64,000 nt of DNA from a virus: IMG/VR virus record IMGVR_UViG_3300025120_000019. The stretch is one strand, 5' to 3'. The translations under genes were made by a program, and so were the position numbers. Numbering within the stretch: position 1 is the first letter of the stretch; each line of letters opens with the position of its first letter. Positions 58,561 to 64,000 of the stretch are shown here, piece by piece. Below the pieces are notes generated by a model. That model was not told the origin of the DNA, searched no databases, and worked only from the letters and a program-made list of their open reading frames with translations.

Positions 58561-61500
58561 AAGCCATAGACAGATTTAACAAATTTTCTAAGCCTTTACA
58601 CAACGGACAAGATCAGTTAAAAAATCTTATATTTGATAGATATCCAGTATTAAGGATAGATGACTATTGTGATCTTGACAAAGTTTATCAACAAAATATA
58701 GATAGCGATTATGTGTGGGTAGTTGATAAAAACATTAAAGTATTTGATAGCTTTCCTTGGTGGTTCAAACCAAGGTCAAACGACATTATACAAATACACG
58801 AATTTCCTTATGTGTACAAAGAAAGTAGAAAAATAAAAAGTTGGGATAAAGTGCGTTTAGTACCAACTAAAAAAACACAGCATGAACCACGACAGCATAT
58901 TCACATCTGTGGAGAATATGATGTATATAAAGGCAATAGCAAATTTGATTGCTTTTACATAGGAGAAAATCAAGACGATATAAATTCTATACAGCAAAAA
59001 GTTCCGCATCTACAAACAGTTAAAACATGGCAAGAAGCACAACAACGTAGCTACACAGATATGTTTTGGGTAATATGGGAAGATGTTGATGTTAGAAATA
59101 CATTTAAATTTAGTTTTAAGCCAGACGAATGGAGTCATGATTTTGTCCATGTGTTTGGCAATGGCGATATTGATCAACTAGACGGAGTAGCATTATTTCC
59201 AAAAAATTATAATATAACAGAAAAAGAATTAGAACATAGATTTTATGTGAATAAAAAAGAAGTTCGTATTATGGCAAGTACTCCAAAAAAATACGAAAGG
59301 TTTATCATTGATAATTATGAAGACTACGAAAATGCATCACGTAAATCAACTAATGATATGTTCTGGGGAGTTCCGTCTGATGTAGAAATTATTGAAGAAT
59401 TTGATTTTGATTATTATATTAGTCACCACGATAAATCTTTAAGAAAACAAAATCATGTATTTTTAAATAAAAACAAATACAACGGAGTTGTTTTGTTTAG
59501 CAAACATTCTATTGTTACAAAAAAAGAAATTGCATATAGATTTGTTGTTAATCCTATAGAAACTAATATCGTAGCTTCTAAACCTCACCCTATTAAAGTG
59601 TTTAGAATGAACAATTATGCAGACTACGAAAAGGCATTAGAAAATAGTAAAACTCATGTTTTTCTCGGTGTTCCAGATGATGTGATATTGGATAAAAATT
59701 TTAATATAGACGAATGGATAGCAGAACAAAAAACCTTAGATACAGGAACTACACATTTATTTTTAAATGATAAACATTATGATGGTGTTGCTCTTTTTAG
59801 TAAAAGTTTTAAGGTTACAAAAAAAGAAATAAATCATAGATTTCTTGTAAGTAATAAAGAACATAATATAATAGCAAGCATTCCTCGCCCTTATGAAAAG
59901 TTTACAATTAATAATTATGAAGATTATTTACAAGCACTACAAGATTCTAAAACAGAAATGTTTTGGCTTATTCCTAGCGATGTAGATGTAAAAGACGATT
60001 TCAATTTTAATTTGTACTTTAGTCATCACAATAAATTTGATAAAGAAATAAATCATGTATTTTTAAATGATAAGAACTATGATGGAATAGCTTTAATGAG
60101 CAAAGAATGTATAGCAACTGAAAAAGAAATTAATCATAGATTTTTTATTAATAAAAAAGAACATGAAGTAGTTGCAAGTACTCCTAAACCATTTGATAAA
60201 TTTATTATAAAAGATTATGACGATTACTTAAAAGCAAAAGAAACATCAAAAACAGGAATGTTTTGGATTATATATCATGATATTAATGTTGTGGAAGATT
60301 TTAATTTTAATATGTACATATCGCATCATAATCAATATGAAAGAAAAATTAATCATGTGTGGAAGAATGGTGAATACTACGATGGAGTTGCACTAGTAAC
60401 AAAAAATATAGTTCTTACAAAACACGAAATAGATTATAGATTTTTAGCAATTAAAAAAGAATATACCGAGGTTGGAAGTTATCCTAGTACATTTGATATT
60501 GTCTTTATTAGTAACGGTGAAAATAATGCTGATAAAAATTATGAAAGATTGACTTCATCATACCCTAATGCTAAAAGAGTTGATAAAGTTAAAGGAATAC
60601 ACCAAGCACATATCGAAGCCGCAAAGCTTGTAGATACTGAAATGTTTTGGGTAGTTGACGGTGATGCCGAATTACTAATGGACTTTGAGTTAGATTATCA
60701 AATTGCATATTACGACATAGATGGGAAACGTACTGTATATGTATGGAGGAGTATGAATCCTGTTAACGGATTAGTTTATGGATATGGCGGCGTAAAACTT
60801 TTACCAACAAACCTTACTTTGAATATGGATGTTAATACTGCTGATATGACCACAAGTATAAGTAAAAACTTTAAAGGTATTCCTCGCATGAGTAATATTA
60901 CAGCATTCAATACTGATAGCTTTAGTGCTTGGAGAAGTGGATTTAGAGAATGTGTAAAACTTTCTAGTAGGACAATTAATAGACAAAAGGATGACGAAAC
61001 AACATTTAGATTAAAGTCTTGGTGTTCAAGAGGACAAGAAAAGGAGTTTGGTGCTGAAACAATAACAGGTGCATATGAAGGAGCAAAGTATGGAATTAAA
61101 TGGAAAAATAATCCAGATGCTTTGAAAAAAATAAATGATTTTGAATGGTTGAAGAAAAGATTTAAGGATACTTATCCACCAAAATCTTTTGATTTTGATT
61201 TGGACTTTTTAGATTATTCTGAGGAAGAAAGTCTTAAAGCGTTTAATCCTATTGTAAGCACAATGTTTAAAGAAATTGAAAATAAGCTAGGAAAGAATTA
61301 TAAATTTCAGCATGGTAGTGTAAAGTTATCAGTCACTAATGTTGGAGATTTATTTTGGGATAAAAAAGGTGTAAGAGTAAGTAGCGAATATGCAGATACA
61401 GAGATAACAACAGATCTTAAAACAGGCTTAAAACTTCTAAAAATGGAAGATGATTCTGTAGAAATGTACAAGCGTGGTGATTTTTTATTAGAAGGTGATG

Positions 61501-61856
61501 CAGACTTAGCAATGCTATTTTTTGATGATTTAAAACAGCAGGTTTTACATAAAGAAGAGACCAAAATAGCATTACATAGAATAGCTCTATCAAGTATTGT
61601 TGATAATGAATTATTAGATATGCAAATAAACATTAATAAAGTTGGATCAATTAGCATAGATAATAATGGTATTATAGAGAAAGATAACAAAAAAGAAACA
61701 TATATTGAACTTGATCAAGAGATATTTGAACAAATATTAGAAAATGAATTATCTGTTGTTGATGCATTACAGGAAAAAAGTATAACTTATAAAGGTGATA
61801 TTTTACAAGTTATTAAGTTAAGTCAACAGCTTGATCGTCAAGAAACACATGAATGA
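58557..61856 (+). CDS. Multi-repeat glycosyltransferase-like protein with two C-terminal SCP2-like domains
   Basis: About six degenerate 100-aa repeats, then an intact GT-A-like domain (FDIVFIS...GIHQAHIEAA...FWVVDGDA...YGYGGVKL...AWRSGFREC), then two ...EGD.DLA / KGD...IKL SCP2-type ends. Confidence 0.65.
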   Translation: MKAIDRFNKFSKPLHNGQDQLKNLIFDRYPVLRIDDYCDLDKVYQQNIDSDYVWVVDKNIKVFDSFPWWFKPRSNDIIQIHEFPYVYKESRKIKSWDKVRLVPTKKTQHEPRQHIHICGEYDVYKGNSKFDCFYIGENQDDINSIQQKVPHLQTVKTWQEAQQRSYTDMFWVIWEDVDVRNTFKFSFKPDEWSHDFVHVFGNGDIDQLDGVALFPKNYNITEKELEHRFYVNKKEVRIMASTPKKYERFIIDNYEDYENASRKSTNDMFWGVPSDVEIIEEFDFDYYISHHDKSLRKQNHVFLNKNKYNGVVLFSKHSIVTKKEIAYRFVVNPIETNIVASKPHPIKVFRMNNYADYEKALENSKTHVFLGVPDDVILDKNFNIDEWIAEQKTLDTGTTHLFLNDKHYDGVALFSKSFKVTKKEINHRFLVSNKEHNIIASIPRPYEKFTINNYEDYLQALQDSKTEMFWLIPSDVDVKDDFNFNLYFSHHNKFDKEINHVFLNDKNYDGIALMSKECIATEKEINHRFFINKKEHEVVASTPKPFDKFIIKDYDDYLKAKETSKTGMFWIIYHDINVVEDFNFNMYISHHNQYERKINHVWKNGEYYDGVALVTKNIVLTKHEIDYRFLAIKKEYTEVGSYPSTFDIVFISNGENNADKNYERLTSSYPNAKRVDKVKGIHQAHIEAAKLVDTEMFWVVDGDAELLMDFELDYQIAYYDIDGKRTVYVWRSMNPVNGLVYGYGGVKLLPTNLTLNMDVNTADMTTSISKNFKGIPRMSNITAFNTDSFSAWRSGFRECVKLSSRTINRQKDDETTFRLKSWCSRGQEKEFGAETITGAYEGAKYGIKWKNNPDALKKINDFEWLKKRFKDTYPPKSFDFDLDFLDYSEEESLKAFNPIVSTMFKEIENKLGKNYKFQHGSVKLSVTNVGDLFWDKKGVRVSSEYADTEITTDLKTGLKLLKMEDDSVEMYKRGDFLLEGDADLAMLFFDDLKQQVLHKEETKIALHRIALSSIVDNELLDMQININKVGSISIDNNGIIEKDNKKETYIELDQEIFEQILENELSVVDALQEKSITYKGDILQVIKLSQQLDRQETHE

Positions 61857-62271
61857 GTTTTATTACTGTTTCTAATTTATTATAATTTCTTTTATTTCTT
61901 AATGTATTTTGGACACCTTGATGTAGTGGTTTAGGCCATTGGTTTAATGTTACCCAGCAATACCCATCATGCTCGTCGTTTAACTTTGGTAAAAATTCAT
62001 TTTGAACAATACAAAGATAGGTATGGAAATTAAAATGTTGATCACTACTTATAAAAGTTTCTAAAGGAAAAACTTTTTTTATTTTGTTTACTGTGCCTAT
62101 TTCTTCATTTATTTCTCTACTTAAAGATTCCCACGGAGATTCTTGATCCTCAGCTGTTCCGCCAACAAGCCCCCACTTGCCTTTGGTTTTTCCTTTTGTT
62201 CTATGTAGAAGTAAAAATCTTTCAGTATCTTGTGCATAAAATAATGCACCACTACAAACTATTTTGTCCAT
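61813..62271 (-). CDS. Nudix hydrolase
   Basis: Nudix box GGTAEDQESPWESLSREINEEIG; LNDEHDGYCW. Confidence 0.88.
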   Translation of the reverse strand: MDKIVCSGALFYAQDTERFLLLHRTKGKTKGKWGLVGGTAEDQESPWESLSREINEEIGTVNKIKKVFPLETFISSDQHFNFHTYLCIVQNEFLPKLNDEHDGYCWVTLNQWPKPLHQGVQNTLRNKRNYNKLETVIKLIHVFLDDQAVDLT

Positions 62272-62284
62272 ACAAATAGTTATT

Positions 62285-64000
62285 TTATATTATTAAATCC
62301 CAACTTCCTCTTGGATAATATCCATCAACTGAAAACTGCCAGTAAAAACTATTCCAGTAAAACTGCTGACTTGTGTTTAAGTTTGTTACATAAGTTGGTG
62401 TTTTTGTTTGACTAGCATCAAAAATTATTTGCCATTCAGTACCAGACCATTCACAAATATCTCCAGTATCTGCTACAAAGTCTCGGTCAGTTGTAGATTT
62501 CCACGCATCTGCTCCATCTTCGTTTATGTATAAAACATACCTTACTTCTTCGCCTGGTCTTGGCATATCGTCTGGCTGTATTTTTAATACTAAACTACCA
62601 TCAATAGTTTCTTGTGATGTAACATCAGTTTTACGTATATTATTAATATACAAATCAATATCGTACACTCTATCAGCATCTACTTCTGTTTCTACTCGTG
62701 TGGTGCTATTACTTGCGGTAAATATTCTTTCAATTTGTCCGCCTATGGGTTGTAAAAGTAAAAGTCGAACACCGTTTGCTTTTACAGTAGTAGGATCAAA
62801 GTTACGTGGATTAATAATATAATCAACTGTTCCTGCATTTTTAGTTGGCCCTTGTAAAAGTGTATCTGCTGGTAAAGTATCAACATCGTATGTCAAAACA
62901 ATCTCTTGTGTATTATTATTAACAAAATCAAATGTAGCTACAATAGATGTTAATAATTCAGCTCTTTTTAGTCTTATTTGACTTATTCCTGGTTGGAATT
63001 TTGCTGGAGCTTCTGCTTCTAAAACATTTAACCAATTTATGTTATTGAGATTTGCCGCATTTTTAGCAAGTTTAGCTAATCGTTTTTCAATTAATATATC
63101 AAAATTTCTATAGGTTGCTGTGTTAACATTAGCTACATTTATATTTCCGTCATTTGAAGTTTTTATAACAGTAGTTCTACTATCTTCAGGGCGTAATCCA
63201 TCATAAACAACATTACCATCTTCATCGTATTTTGCTTCTTTTGGTTCATTTGGATTATTACTAACTACTGACCCATCAGGTAATACGACAAATCCGTCTG
63301 CAACTTTTGTTTGATCACTTGTATCAGGATTAAATCCATCTAAAGTTATTGTATTAGCATCTAAATTTAACACACTATTAATTATTTCAGTAATAACACC
63401 AAGCTTTTTAACTTTTGTTGGCGGTGAAATATAAACAGGAGCAATAAAACTTAATGTAGCAATATCTATTTCTGTTTCTGTTCCCACCGGAATACTTCTG
63501 CTACTAAAATTAATATTTTCAAGTTGTAGTACAGTTAAACTTGTCCAATCTACATAATTGTCATTTGTTTGGAATTCTAAATCAGGATTAAACATCATAA
63601 AAATTTGTTCTAATAGCTGTAATTTTTGTTCTGTATTAGAACTCCATACATCCACATTTACACCTAAAACATAAGGCGTCGGATGTAATCTTTCTACCGT
63701 AAATCCGCTTCCTTGTGTAGTTGAATATGTTTGACTAGTTTCATCAAATGCACGTTCTTTAATATTAATTTTACTTATAAAACTACTATCACTTAGTCTG
63801 CTTCTATCCATTTGCATACTAGTAATATATACAGCCATTCTTGGTACAGAAGGCATTTTATTTTCACTATTATCTCTAATAATATTTGCAACTTGTCTTG
63901 TCAAATCACCATATGTTACAGGCACTTGACGTAACTCTTCGTCACCGTCTTTGTAATTAAAATTACTGAAAGCTCTTACAATTTGTGTAAGATACCTTCT
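62285..64000 (-). CDS. gp15: Tail sheath stabiliser/terminator gp15-like with long C-terminal extension; 5' end outside window
   Basis: Frame is open to the window edge (RRYLTQIVRAFSNF...QVPVTYGD); PRMAV, PTPY.L.VNVDVW...QKLQLLEQI..FNP are gp15 motifs. Confidence 0.7.
   Translation of the reverse strand, partial: RRYLTQIVRAFSNFNYKDGDEELRQVPVTYGDLTRQVANIIRDNSENKMPSVPRMAVYITSMQMDRSRLSDSSFISKINIKERAFDETSQTYSTTQGSGFTVERLHPTPYVLGVNVDVWSSNTEQKLQLLEQIFMMFNPDLEFQTNDNYVDWTSLTVLQLENINFSSRSIPVGTETEIDIATLSFIAPVYISPPTKVKKLGVITEIINSVLNLDANTITLDGFNPDTSDQTKVADGFVVLPDGSVVSNNPNEPKEAKYDEDGNVVYDGLRPEDSRTTVIKTSNDGNINVANVNTATYRNFDILIEKRLAKLAKNAANLNNINWLNVLEAEAPAKFQPGISQIRLKRAELLTSIVATFDFVNNNTQEIVLTYDVDTLPADTLLQGPTKNAGTVDYIINPRNFDPTTVKANGVRLLLLQPIGGQIERIFTASNSTTRVETEVDADRVYDIDLYINNIRKTDVTSQETIDGSLVLKIQPDDMPRPGEEVRYVLYINEDGADAWKSTTDRDFVADTGDICEWSGTEWQIIFDASQTKTPTYVTNLNTSQQFYWNSFYWQFSVDGYYPRGSWDLII

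Noticed and set aside
9144-62822. Many 60-290-aa ORFs antisense to or nested in long genes (e.g. 9453..10130, 43582..44268, 55191..56066)
   Set aside because: Fully overlap well-supported genes, lack recognisable motifs, and are expected from codon bias.
1-64000. Stop-codon reassignment as in some large phages
   Set aside because: Core genes and 10-kb ORFs are intact under the standard code, and TAA, TAG and TGA all end genes.

Overview
AT-rich (roughly one-third GC by eye) 64-kb segment of a large T4-superfamily-like myovirus; no host genes, tRNAs, CRISPR or integrase seen. It holds most of the virion morphogenesis region. Minus strand: a baseplate block (5'-intact >1680-aa wedge protein running off the left edge, gp6, gp25, gp5-like spike, hub, gp53, gp54/48-like). 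Next is a sigma70-driven block (gp55 late sigma, gp47/gp46, GIY-YIG nuclease). Then come a gp26-like chaperone pair, tape measure, portal, prohead core, protease, scaffold and major capsid, two giant paralogous fibre-like proteins (3450 and 3929 aa), a glycosyltransferase cluster, a Nudix hydrolase and a gp15-like gene cut by the right edge. Main observations: (1) both giant proteins carry tandem 140-160-aa helical repeats that resemble phycobiliprotein (globin-fold) domains and keep the K-C-x-R-D motif of the bilin-attachment site; (2) a T TTT TTC -1 slippery site would fuse the gp26-like ORF to its downstream ORF, like lambda gpG/gpGT; (3) two GC-rich, highly structured intergenic elements look like ncRNAs, one right after a minimal GIY-YIG nuclease and one with its own promoter and terminator after a cold-shock-domain gene; (4) GCWGC appears to be systematically avoided; (5) late promoters look bipartite; (6) a multi-repeat glycosyltransferase ends in two SCP2-like lipid-binding domains. 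All family calls are from motif recognition by eye, not database searches.
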